Source: a virus
IMG/VR virus record: IMGVR_UViG_3300025082_002887
Location: 20,702 to 84,701 of that record
Reading direction: 5' to 3' (one strand)
DNA: 64,000 nucleotides
The position numbers were made by a program, and so were the translations under genes. Numbering within the stretch: the first letter of the stretch is position 1; every line of letters starts with the position of its first letter. Shown in pieces: positions 29,801 through 38,644 of the stretch. Under the pieces are notes generated by a model that saw only the letters and a list, made by a program, of their open reading frames with translations, was not told the origin of the DNA and searched no databases.

Positions 29801-32800
29801 AAATTAGCAGAATATGATCAAAACAAGATGCTTGATGAAATTACAACAATGTTGCCATTGTTGGATCCTAGTAAACTAGAAGATATGATGCCTCCATTAT
29901 TTTGCGGCCCATGTGATCCTGGAAAAGTTGGCCAAGAGCCTTTAATGCCAAGCCAAACACATCCATCACAATTATTCTTGCTTGATCGCATGAACAAAAA
30001 TCTTTTTAAAATGGTTAATAAGATGTTTAATAACAATATAAGCGCTTATAAGCCAATTATAATGGACGTTAGAGAAGATGCTAAACAATACCCAGAAATA
30101 TACAAAGAGTTGGCAGAAAAACATATGCCCACTAAAAAAGAACTAAAAAAAATGACAGATGTTGAAAAGTCAGAGGCTTTTTCAGATGCTCACAAACTTA
30201 TACAAACAGAAATGATGTCGCGCTTCGCCGCTGAAGATGGCGATGGGACGAGCCAAAAAGATAAATTTGTTGCAAAAGCACTTTTGGATGCTCTTGAATC
30301 GGCCGCGGCCCAGTCTGAGGTTAACCCAAACCAAAATATAATTATCAATCCTGAATCCCGCGTATTCTCATACGATATCCCTGATAGTGCGAATCAAATA
30401 TTAATGATAATAAATTTTTCAAACAGCGCATCGACATATGGTTCTATAACAACAGAATCACGACAAATAAAGATTGCTGTTCAAAATAAATTTAGTAAAA
30501 CCATTGAATACGAATGGCCTAATCCTAAAAGTACCGAACTCCACCAAATAAAAGATTTTAACGAATTAGATTTAACTATGGAATTTTTTAGGCACCTCGG
30601 TGAAAAAATACCCGCGATGAATTCTTTACTAGGATTGGAGGTTGTAACCCAGACAATAACGGGGGGAAAACAAGCATCGGTTCTTACACAACACTATCCT
30701 TTGATTGTAAATCTAATATTTGAAACTGTTTTTACTCAAGCAGCACAACATGATTTGTTTAGAAGTAATATATTTTATCAAGTGCCATTGACGGATGAAG
30801 AAGTAAAAAAGAGATGCAAAGAGGGCCCCGGCAAAAAGCCTCTTTTAGATACGGCAAAGCTTGCTGATGATGTTTCCAAAGCACGCGAAGCGCTAGAATG
30901 TGTTATAGGAATGTTTGAAACTCCAGACGCAACCCAGGTTGCACAAATGTTTGGTCTTTATAAGTTAATAATCAAAGTTTGTATAATAGAAGAATTCTTA
31001 AAAAATATATTTATCTTTGGTTTCGTTAGAATAGCTGATATTTTAGAATCAGACATATACATGCCAATATTATTAAAAAATATTGTTGGTGTTATACAAT
31101 CATCAGTTAACGGAGACAACTATGATAACTTATTAGATTACTCAGCAAAAATTATAAATGGGCGAGAAATTTTAGGAGAAGAATTTAAAAGCGTAGGCCC
31201 CGCCGACGAATGGGCAACAGGGCCTTTCGGTCCAATGAAAAAAATGAAAACACCAGAAGAGTGTTTAATGATAATAATTAGAGAAACCGCGCGAGAAGTT
31301 AACGACATTTTAGATGATCGTATACAAGGCCTTTTAGATCCAGGCTGGACTAAAAAGTTTTTTGCATATGATAGTGTAGACGACCCCGAAACTCAATCTG
31401 TATTAGAAAGTAGACTTTTAGAGTATGCAATTTTATCGCCAGATTATTGGTCTCCAAACGTATATCCCCGCCCCCATCACGGCCTCTCACCTACTTTAGG
31501 AAAGTTAGATGCAATGAACCCTATATTGGAGACCGAACCCGACCGCGGGCTGACCGTGTACAGCGACGCCAACGGTGCCACAATCTTCAAAGGTGGGTGG
31601 CCCACCGCCCCCACAAACGTAACCCAGTTTGAAACGGACCGCGCATTCAACGCAGTATCTTATTGGCCGACTATTGGGAATCAACCATGGGGCGGCGGAC
31701 TATTTCTGCAACCTTATATGAAAATTACATCTAAACTATCTGGCCCGTCAGGACCCGGCTCCTTTTGGACAAAATTCAAAAAGGCCTATGAGTTAAAAAA
31801 AGAATTCGAAACAAATCCAACCTCGGCCGCATTCGCCGCACAGTATACAAAATCTTCTGATCCAAACAATGTAGGAGAAAATGCAGTTGCGTTGTTGATA
31901 AGCAAAATGGATGACAATAGTCTGACACAGGATGCGCGCGCTCTATTATTCAATTCGTTCTTTAAAACATTTTTCGACCCAACTTACCTCCCAGATGCGA
32001 AAGCTAAAATGCCGTTTACACGATTAGTTTCTTCGCAAGTAACCTCGGCTGAAACCGCCGACACTAGCTATGAACCATATTATTATTGGGACGACAACCT
32101 AGATAACGCCATTCAGGGCGCCCAAGAAAGATATCATTGGCTTAATAGAGGTATAATATCGACGGACTTTGCTCTTGACGTAGCTCAGCGAGCCGAGCAA
32201 AAAGCACAGAACCTCGCCCTCGCGGAAGAAATAGCACTTCAGGCAGCATATGCAAATATGATATCAGGAATCGTACTCGCCCCCGGGGAATCCTTGTCCT
32301 CCCGTAAAAAAGAGATTCATAGTTACATCTATTCTAACAGGAAGCATTTTTATCCTCCCCACATTAACCCTTCCAACAGCTTTGGAAACTTAAACGCTGT
32401 TCCTGCAAAGGCGTTCCCAGAAGGCATGATGTTGTCTACCATTAATTTACTTGGGCTGGCCAAAGATATGTCCCCAATTACTAATCTAAAACCATCGACG
32501 ACAACCAGTGCCTTCTTCGACAGTGTTCGCAATTTTTTAGGCACAAACGGCGCCGGCTCTTTACAAACAACTGATCAATATCCCATCGACAAGGACGGCG
32601 CCGGCGGGTTCGAGTCCCCTGTACATGATTATACTGAAGCTGTAGCGTTCTGGTCTAGAGTAAGAGATATAATTTTTGATAGTCCTTATGATCTCTGGTT
32701 TGATTTCACATTAGGGATGAGATTAAATTTGGTGTTTCCTATAGATAGCGAAGAGGCTCAACAAGGTATTTTTGAAGCGGCGCAATTTCAAATGGACAAG

Positions 32801-34828
32801 GAAGACTTTGCTAAATACAAAAAAGAAAAAATGTTTATTTGGGAGAAAAGCGTGGACGAGAGGTTTCTTTGCCTTCCCTTGGAAAGTGTAGAGCATGACT
32901 TAACTTACATTGAAAACGAAATATGGAATGGCTGGGGCCCCGTTTATACAGCTTTAAATGATATTAATACATGGACGTCTCCGCTCTTCGGCACACAAAG
33001 TACTCTGGGCATAGTCACCACTCCCGGCGATTCTGGCGCGCCGTCTTTGTGGTCTATCACAAGAGCCATGTCTGCTGGCCTATACCAAGACAAAGATAAA
33101 GTTTTAGGATTGTTAAAAAAAGAATTAATGCAAAAAATGTTAGCTCCCGGGCCCGAACAAGAGCCTAATAAATTTTTGAATGAAATTCTGCCGGTTAAAG
33201 AATTAGTAGTAACAACTGCTTTGATGTTTCGATATTATATGGAAGGCGCCTACCCTTCTTTGAACCAATTATTTGATCCAACTAAAAAAACTCTTAATAG
33301 ATATATAAAACAATTAGCAGCAACCATTGATGGAGACTATCAATACGTAGATGACCTTACCGAAGAATCCGACCCGAACGCAGATTTAGGCACATCCCCG
33401 ACCGCAGAAGAGATAGTAAAGAAATTTTTCATGCTGGTGGTCCAGATGGCAGCTAATATGACAGATCCAACATGGAAAACGCCATGGTTTTTACCAGGCC
33501 CAATAACACCATGGGGAATTATCGCAAAATTATTAAATACTAAGTGGTCAGAGGACGAAACCGCTGGGGATTCAGACCTTCTTAAGCTTCTAGAAGAGTG
33601 CCCCGCCATACCGGTATCGTACGGCGAATCAGAGGAAGAGGCTGTAGAAGAAATATTATTACCGACTGCGCCAATGATTGACCCAGTAATACAAGAGCAG
33701 CTTAACAAATGGGCTCAAGATAAAGCAGACGGCTTTCCACCTCCAACATACGATGGGTTTGTCTTCTCGCCGTTCCCTTATTCGGAAGGCATACAGTTCC
33801 GCTATCGCGACGGCGTAGTTAAAAATAATAAAACGCTCCTTAAACTCCCCTTCTGGGAAAATAAGTGGCGCCACCCAATATACGTACCATATGTTTATTT
33901 GACAGACGAAGCGAAAAAGCGCCAATGGGAATTTTTTCAAGCGCGCCATTTTGGATTCCCAGCGCCCCCACCGTTTTATAATAAATTCAATGTTTTGAGT
34001 TGGGCCGTGGCCACGGACGACATTACAATCGATCAAAGCAACAACGCTACATACCCAAACCTCGCATCGACGACCCACCCGCGCTATAAAAAAAGCTGGG
34101 ACGGGATCCTCCGCGGCGTTAAAAACGCTGATTTTGCAGAGATGGCCGCCGGAACGATTCAACCAGCCTCTTGGGCACAAGTTTGTTCTTGGTATAATCC
34201 ATGCGTTTCCGACACCCCGCGGAGCGGGCTAGCATACACTGATGAATGCAGTTGGCCCAACGTACAACACCCTCCGCGAAGAAATTTCCCTGCATGGGGC
34301 GGCTCTGTGACCTCTCTCGGAGTCTCCAACCCCGAGCTTGTTCCATTTGTACATGGAAAGAACCTCACATGGAACCCAGCCCCCGGCGCCGTTGTGTGGG
34401 TGAGCCCCACGGATCCGGATAAGGTCATGTTCGCACCCCCGGCCCAGCCTTTAACAAACACCCAGACACACCCAGAGACAGGCGGAGTCGTGCCTTACAC
34501 TGAAACCGGCTATAATCAAGCCTGGTATTATTATTTGTATGGCTATGCCGGCGGTACATATGATACATTCGGACACAAAGGAGAAAACTATAAATACACG
34601 GACAACTGGTGGCAATGGCCCAACTTGTTCGGGCCCCCAAATTGGTCGCCCACATGGAAAGGCCCCGACATTCATACACAGATATATGTTAGCTGGTATC
34701 AAAGTCAGATAGTTGAGTATCAAATAGTGAAAGAAGGCGCTGTTGAACATCTTAAAGGATTAGCACAAGAAGTGATCGATACAGGGTACATCACTGCGGG
34801 CATGGCGGCTACTTGGAAAAACTTCTAA
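26858..34828 (+). CDS. Giant hypothetical virion-associated protein (2656 aa)
   Basis: Uninterrupted 8-kb ORF between the spike-like gene and gp25; mostly helical-looking; no family recognised. Confidence 0.75.
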   Translation: MPNNIPLTEEQKTQLYRSLYTLYQNLKDSPEKGTNNISFVAWTAPKGVPGSAGYIAGFYSPTQTEFVDTLTAQYKESSQTIQQFIVDTYKYYGYGPKIKIKEEGADTTAEKWHLQTKTFLSKDKKYYIVPVVYKKIVDNPAIKQFFTNPSDTLSKDSKLQIYGNKEEPGHGILGDAPASKIFRNSAKVWALEKLASDLAKSINQDHRKEAETMGFLPVDSKNVDNNNAEMAEAWYIDARPPEYQNLFLKIMFDKGWVDAIPPQLSPCVDLPSSRTVMIFIKSFQQDLNNLEQILWKFNDRIISSKVQMPFDAACTAGKVPKIPELINYLLRLNGKPEIDDKSNAALQFGFTEELELQYIAYSEEPECLCDDTNINAYILQKGIEDLKKTPPFDSPTNNGFLFYLPEIMRKYVPYLNGPKSKFLFSAQESWIRFANSFVYPKPEIVHDTSESAADHFAKQMAAIEKVTKSGFNVLKDAAYLQDPTMIMNSDIRNLIQGATSSQVVFAGDDVMMKAIKSDILNLTSLYGRLLHKVPITELVKLAVAAIVKCTSDSALKKKLCRTLIKTMPRIEIETKIYPCLRDGGHEGAIASLQSAIGGRESKVYEQARARHPEKFPASEGMKTEAEMAAVNDFYCNDPALQNALGRSPDDMSEELLAWLEGEYASAVCDCILTVYGPVQKIIQFVEEAKDEVSDVVDILGKNKAQSAEGQSTFSFDRYIAPCKKTEDRIQSFGDELQKGLEKMVLDIMLAAVLVVLNQVKSSIMGGLLRDVCNAAKSPWKLLDITDEIMNSPLHVDTTFLDLKKKIGNIGKLAGLSADINDLIDGINALSSEFSPSEMKRLFFTECGDNSFDAGFQSVADSMAKNHNVTIEGQNPEVATNNIFNDHTPTGAALTAQESMTLTNLEDPEAAPLNIPPACPAAPVNSPGPYHDLLSGIGGLMSPDVFDEAIDAWERAKSEFVDLCDPDTPNVLGDNVSEGDIRKLAEYDQNKMLDEITTMLPLLDPSKLEDMMPPLFCGPCDPGKVGQEPLMPSQTHPSQLFLLDRMNKNLFKMVNKMFNNNISAYKPIIMDVREDAKQYPEIYKELAEKHMPTKKELKKMTDVEKSEAFSDAHKLIQTEMMSRFAAEDGDGTSQKDKFVAKALLDALESAAAQSEVNPNQNIIINPESRVFSYDIPDSANQILMIINFSNSASTYGSITTESRQIKIAVQNKFSKTIEYEWPNPKSTELHQIKDFNELDLTMEFFRHLGEKIPAMNSLLGLEVVTQTITGGKQASVLTQHYPLIVNLIFETVFTQAAQHDLFRSNIFYQVPLTDEEVKKRCKEGPGKKPLLDTAKLADDVSKAREALECVIGMFETPDATQVAQMFGLYKLIIKVCIIEEFLKNIFIFGFVRIADILESDIYMPILLKNIVGVIQSSVNGDNYDNLLDYSAKIINGREILGEEFKSVGPADEWATGPFGPMKKMKTPEECLMIIIRETAREVNDILDDRIQGLLDPGWTKKFFAYDSVDDPETQSVLESRLLEYAILSPDYWSPNVYPRPHHGLSPTLGKLDAMNPILETEPDRGLTVYSDANGATIFKGGWPTAPTNVTQFETDRAFNAVSYWPTIGNQPWGGGLFLQPYMKITSKLSGPSGPGSFWTKFKKAYELKKEFETNPTSAAFAAQYTKSSDPNNVGENAVALLISKMDDNSLTQDARALLFNSFFKTFFDPTYLPDAKAKMPFTRLVSSQVTSAETADTSYEPYYYWDDNLDNAIQGAQERYHWLNRGIISTDFALDVAQRAEQKAQNLALAEEIALQAAYANMISGIVLAPGESLSSRKKEIHSYIYSNRKHFYPPHINPSNSFGNLNAVPAKAFPEGMMLSTINLLGLAKDMSPITNLKPSTTTSAFFDSVRNFLGTNGAGSLQTTDQYPIDKDGAGGFESPVHDYTEAVAFWSRVRDIIFDSPYDLWFDFTLGMRLNLVFPIDSEEAQQGIFEAAQFQMDKEDFAKYKKEKMFIWEKSVDERFLCLPLESVEHDLTYIENEIWNGWGPVYTALNDINTWTSPLFGTQSTLGIVTTPGDSGAPSLWSITRAMSAGLYQDKDKVLGLLKKELMQKMLAPGPEQEPNKFLNEILPVKELVVTTALMFRYYMEGAYPSLNQLFDPTKKTLNRYIKQLAATIDGDYQYVDDLTEESDPNADLGTSPTAEEIVKKFFMLVVQMAANMTDPTWKTPWFLPGPITPWGIIAKLLNTKWSEDETAGDSDLLKLLEECPAIPVSYGESEEEAVEEILLPTAPMIDPVIQEQLNKWAQDKADGFPPPTYDGFVFSPFPYSEGIQFRYRDGVVKNNKTLLKLPFWENKWRHPIYVPYVYLTDEAKKRQWEFFQARHFGFPAPPPFYNKFNVLSWAVATDDITIDQSNNATYPNLASTTHPRYKKSWDGILRGVKNADFAEMAAGTIQPASWAQVCSWYNPCVSDTPRSGLAYTDECSWPNVQHPPRRNFPAWGGSVTSLGVSNPELVPFVHGKNLTWNPAPGAVVWVSPTDPDKVMFAPPAQPLTNTQTHPETGGVVPYTETGYNQAWYYYLYGYAGGTYDTFGHKGENYKYTDNWWQWPNLFGPPNWSPTWKGPDIHTQIYVSWYQSQIVEYQIVKEGAVEHLKGLAQEVIDTGYITAGMAATWKNF

Positions 34829-34867
34829 GCAGAATAAAAAGAAGAAGAGAAATAATTGATGTAATTG

Positions 34868-34878
34868 CTATTTATTAT
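34868..34878 (+). promoter_or_regulatory. Putative late promoter motif (CTAWTTA)
   Basis: CTATTTATTAT in the gap before gp25; recurs before other late genes. Confidence 0.45.
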
Positions 34879-34896
34879 AAAAAGGGGTAAAAAAAA

Positions 34897-35307
34897 ATGG
34901 CAGTTGGATTTTCTCCAAAATTACCTTTGCAACCTGATTCTGTAGACGGGTTTTACAAATTAAATAAAACTTTAGGAGAAGTTGTTAAGCAAAATTTAAA
35001 AATGATTATATTGACAACGCCTGGCGAACGCATGATGCACCCAGAGTTTGGCGTCGGTGCCAGAAATTTTTTATTTGAGACAACAGACTCAACCTTCCAG
35101 GGTCTTACTGCTAAAATAAATGAACAAGTACGAAAATATTTACCCTTTATTGATATTGTAGATATTGGTTTAACAGACGAGAATCTAGAAAAAACAGATA
35201 ATTTTAATTATAAATCAACACACTATATGAGATTACAGCTAGTATATTATATTCCAAATTTAAACTTAAGTGATACTTTAAGAATCGTTGTTTCTACGAG
35301 CCCTTAA
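34897..35307 (+). CDS. Baseplate wedge subunit, gp25/GPW family
   Basis: VKQNLKMIILTTPGERMMHPEFGVGARNFLFE, YLPFI. Confidence 0.92.
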   Translation: MAVGFSPKLPLQPDSVDGFYKLNKTLGEVVKQNLKMIILTTPGERMMHPEFGVGARNFLFETTDSTFQGLTAKINEQVRKYLPFIDIVDIGLTDENLEKTDNFNYKSTHYMRLQLVYYIPNLNLSDTLRIVVSTSP

Positions 35308-35327
35308 ATAACAAGGAAAGATAAAAG

Positions 35328-37115
35328 ATGCCAAAAATAAAACCTTCTATAAATTATACAAGCCGTGATTTTGAATCAATTAGAACGGACTTAGAAACTT
35401 ATGTAAAAAGATATTATCCTGATAATTTTAAAGATTTTACCGAGGCGTCTTTCGGCGCCCTGATGCTAGATACAGTTTCATATGTTGGAGACATGCTATC
35501 TTTTTATGTAGATTACCAAGCGAACGAATCATATTTAGCGACCGCTAATGAATTTCAAAATATATTAAAATTAGGTTCAGAACTTGGATATAAATATAAA
35601 CCTTTCCCATCATCTTTTGGAGTGTGCAATTTTTATATAACAGTCCCCGCCGAAACGAATTCGCCCGCACCAGATGATAGTTACAAACCAATTTTGAAAA
35701 AAGGCTCAACCTTTTATTCTAGTGCAAATGTTATTTATACCTTACTGGAAGATGTAAATTTTGCAAAGAGCGCTAATCCAATCGTAGTCGCGAGCCAATC
35801 AGAAACAGGGGCCCCCACTACATATGCCGTACGTTCGGCCGGCCAAGTAGTTTCTGGCGAACTAGCAGTCCAAGAGCAACCAATTGGTGAATTTCAAAGA
35901 TTTTTGAGAATTGCAGTAAAAGGACAAAATATTAGCGAGATAGTTCAAGTTTTTGACGACAATGGAAATCAATATTATGAAGTTGACTATCTTACACAAA
36001 ATGTAATATATGTCCCCGTTTTGAACAAAGGCGACGACTCAAGCACGGTGCCTTATATAATAAAACCAGTAGCAGTATCGCGTCGATTTATGGTTGACAG
36101 TACTCCAAATGGCGTCTACCTACAGTTTGGGTATGGAAGCGAAGAGGCGCCAGTTTCGCTTAAAGACCCTTCTGAGGTAATTTTGCAGCTTCATGGCAAA
36201 GATTATACCTCTGATACTTCGTTTGATCCATCCATTTTGAATGAGACAGACAAACTAGGCGTCGTCCCGGCGGATACTATTTTAACAATAATCTATAGGA
36301 TCAACACTAATGAAAATACTAATTCAGCAGCCAACACGATAAGAAGGGTCGGAACCGCCGATTTCCAATTCACCGCGCCAGAAACTTTAGATAGCAACAA
36401 AAGAAGCTCCGTAATTAATAGTTTAGCAGTTTTAAATGAAGAACCAGTAATTGGCGATATAAGCGTAGTGACTGGCGAAGAGATTAAACAACGAGCAGTT
36501 GGAAATTTCGCAGCACAATATAGGGCCGTAACAAAACAAGATTATATTAGTATGGCTTACAACATGCCTTCTAAATACGGAAAATTTAAAAGATGCGCTA
36601 TAGAGCTAGATTCTGATTCTTATAACCAACGAAATCTTAATTTGTATGTTATTTCTGAAGATACAGACGGCACTTTAATAACGAGCAATGGTGCTCTTAA
36701 AGGTAATTTGAAGACCTGGGTCAACCAATATAAAATGATTAACGATACTGTTGATATATTAGATGCCAAAATCGCCAACATAGGCATTGAATTTAAGGCG
36801 CTTGCATTCTCTGGCGTAAATAAATATGACCTTTTGAACGAAGCAGCAACGGTCTTACGAAGCGCTTTTGATAAAGCGTTTTATATTGGTGAACCTCTTT
36901 TGATAACGGATGTATACCAGACTTTAAAATCAGTACCTGATTTAATGGATGTTATCGATGTCGATATTGTGATAAAAACAGGAGCCACATATGCAGATTC
37001 ACCGATAAGTATCGAAAATGTAATATCTGCAGATGGAAGATATGTCGTGCCTCCATCGGATACAATTTTTGAGATTAAGTTTCCAAAATCAGACATATTA
37101 GGAACAATATTATAA
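35328..37115 (+). CDS. Baseplate wedge subunit, T4 gp6/baseplate J-like
   Basis: YTSRDFESIR, DFTEAS, SFYVD...NESYLATA, LQFGYG, AQYRAVTKQDY. Confidence 0.9.
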   Translation: MPKIKPSINYTSRDFESIRTDLETYVKRYYPDNFKDFTEASFGALMLDTVSYVGDMLSFYVDYQANESYLATANEFQNILKLGSELGYKYKPFPSSFGVCNFYITVPAETNSPAPDDSYKPILKKGSTFYSSANVIYTLLEDVNFAKSANPIVVASQSETGAPTTYAVRSAGQVVSGELAVQEQPIGEFQRFLRIAVKGQNISEIVQVFDDNGNQYYEVDYLTQNVIYVPVLNKGDDSSTVPYIIKPVAVSRRFMVDSTPNGVYLQFGYGSEEAPVSLKDPSEVILQLHGKDYTSDTSFDPSILNETDKLGVVPADTILTIIYRINTNENTNSAANTIRRVGTADFQFTAPETLDSNKRSSVINSLAVLNEEPVIGDISVVTGEEIKQRAVGNFAAQYRAVTKQDYISMAYNMPSKYGKFKRCAIELDSDSYNQRNLNLYVISEDTDGTLITSNGALKGNLKTWVNQYKMINDTVDILDAKIANIGIEFKALAFSGVNKYDLLNEAATVLRSAFDKAFYIGEPLLITDVYQTLKSVPDLMDVIDVDIVIKTGATYADSPISIENVISADGRYVVPPSDTIFEIKFPKSDILGTIL

Positions 37116-38644
37116 TGGCTATTAAAAGATATAAAGCAGATGCAGACACAACAATAACAAACGCTTTTAAAGCAAACTTAACAACTCGCGGCGTGAGCGG
37201 CAATATGGGGCAATCAGATATACTTGAAGTGTTTTCAATTTATGCCCAAGAATCTTCTGCATCATCGGAATTGGAAAGAATTTTAATTAAATTTCCTGCT
37301 ACCGGCACTGCGGCTGGGTACATTTCTTATGATAGAACACAAGGAAATATACCAGCCTCCGGGAGTGTTTCATTCTATTTAAGAATGTTTAACGCAGAGC
37401 ACTCACAAACCACCCCTAAAAATTTTAATTTAATTGTTTCTGCGATTTCTCGTTCCTGGGCGGAGGGGCTCGGGTTGGATATGGAAGAATATACTGATGA
37501 AGGCGCCGCCAATTGGATGTCAGGAAATATTTCAGCTAGTGTCGATGACGATGGATCTTGGACGACGCCAGGTGGTGATTATTTAACAGACGTTTCTTCT
37601 TCTTTTACTGCATCTTTTGACACAGGATTCGAAGATGTAGAATTAGATATTACTCCATTGGTTGAACAGTGGATTAATAGTGCAGGTAATGAAGCAGTCT
37701 TAGGTTCTAAATCAAATTATGGCGTCGGAGTCAGACTGTCACCGACAGAAGATAGCGCGACTGATTCTTATTACACTAAAAAATTCTTTGCAAGAGGATC
37801 ACAATTTTTCTTTAAGCGCCCCTATATCGAAGCGCGTTGGGATTCTTCCACCAAGGATAATCGAGGAAGTTTTTATTATAGTAGCTCATTAGCGCCAGCG
37901 GCCGATAATTTGAATACAATTTATCTCTATAATTATGTGCGTGGGCAATTAAAAAACATTCCAAGCATTGGATCCGGCTCCATTTATGTTAGTGTTTATT
38001 CTGGCTCCTCTGACAATTCTACACCGTCTGGTTCGAAATTACAATTAAGCGTCGGAGGAGACGTCGCCTCAACGAACCTTTTTAACATTACCGGAGGGAA
38101 TGTATCTACGGGCCTTTATTCAGCATCGTTTGCTTTTACGGGTTCGACCTCTTTGTCAGGCGTATTTGATGTTTGGCATAGCGGCAGTACAGAATATTTT
38201 ACAGGAACAATTACTCCAGCAAGCTTAACGCAAAACTGGCCCGGGCAGTCTCACAACCCAAATCAACAGTATGTATCTAAAATTACAAATTTAAAATCTT
38301 TTTATTCGAGTCAAAATACAACTGCCAGATTACGTTTATATACTAGAAAGAAAGATTGGAATCCAAATATTTATAGTGTGGCTTCTTCAGAAGCTCCTAT
38401 TGACTTGGTAGAAGATGCCTATTATCGAGTATATCGCGTAAATGATAATTTGAGCGCGATATCTTATGGAACTGGAAGCGACAACAGCACGCGGTTATCA
38501 TACGATAATAATGGAAGCTACTTTGATATAAATATGTCTCTTTTAGAGCCAGACTATACGTATGCAGTCAAATTTGTTTACTATCTTAATAATCAATATG
38601 TAGAACAGCCAGAAGAATTTAAGTTTAGAGTAGAGAAGGTATGA
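37115..38644 (+). CDS. Virion/baseplate structural protein (Ser/Thr/Gly-rich, beta-rich)
   Basis: Translationally coupled to the gp6-like gene; ADTTI, LERILIKF, DITPLVEQW, NYGV, RPYIEARWD pattern. Confidence 0.65.
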   Translation: MAIKRYKADADTTITNAFKANLTTRGVSGNMGQSDILEVFSIYAQESSASSELERILIKFPATGTAAGYISYDRTQGNIPASGSVSFYLRMFNAEHSQTTPKNFNLIVSAISRSWAEGLGLDMEEYTDEGAANWMSGNISASVDDDGSWTTPGGDYLTDVSSSFTASFDTGFEDVELDITPLVEQWINSAGNEAVLGSKSNYGVGVRLSPTEDSATDSYYTKKFFARGSQFFFKRPYIEARWDSSTKDNRGSFYYSSSLAPAADNLNTIYLYNYVRGQLKNIPSIGSGSIYVSVYSGSSDNSTPSGSKLQLSVGGDVASTNLFNITGGNVSTGLYSASFAFTGSTSLSGVFDVWHSGSTEYFTGTITPASLTQNWPGQSHNPNQQYVSKITNLKSFYSSQNTTARLRLYTRKKDWNPNIYSVASSEAPIDLVEDAYYRVYRVNDNLSAISYGTGSDNSTRLSYDNNGSYFDINMSLLEPDYTYAVKFVYYLNNQYVEQPEEFKFRVEKV

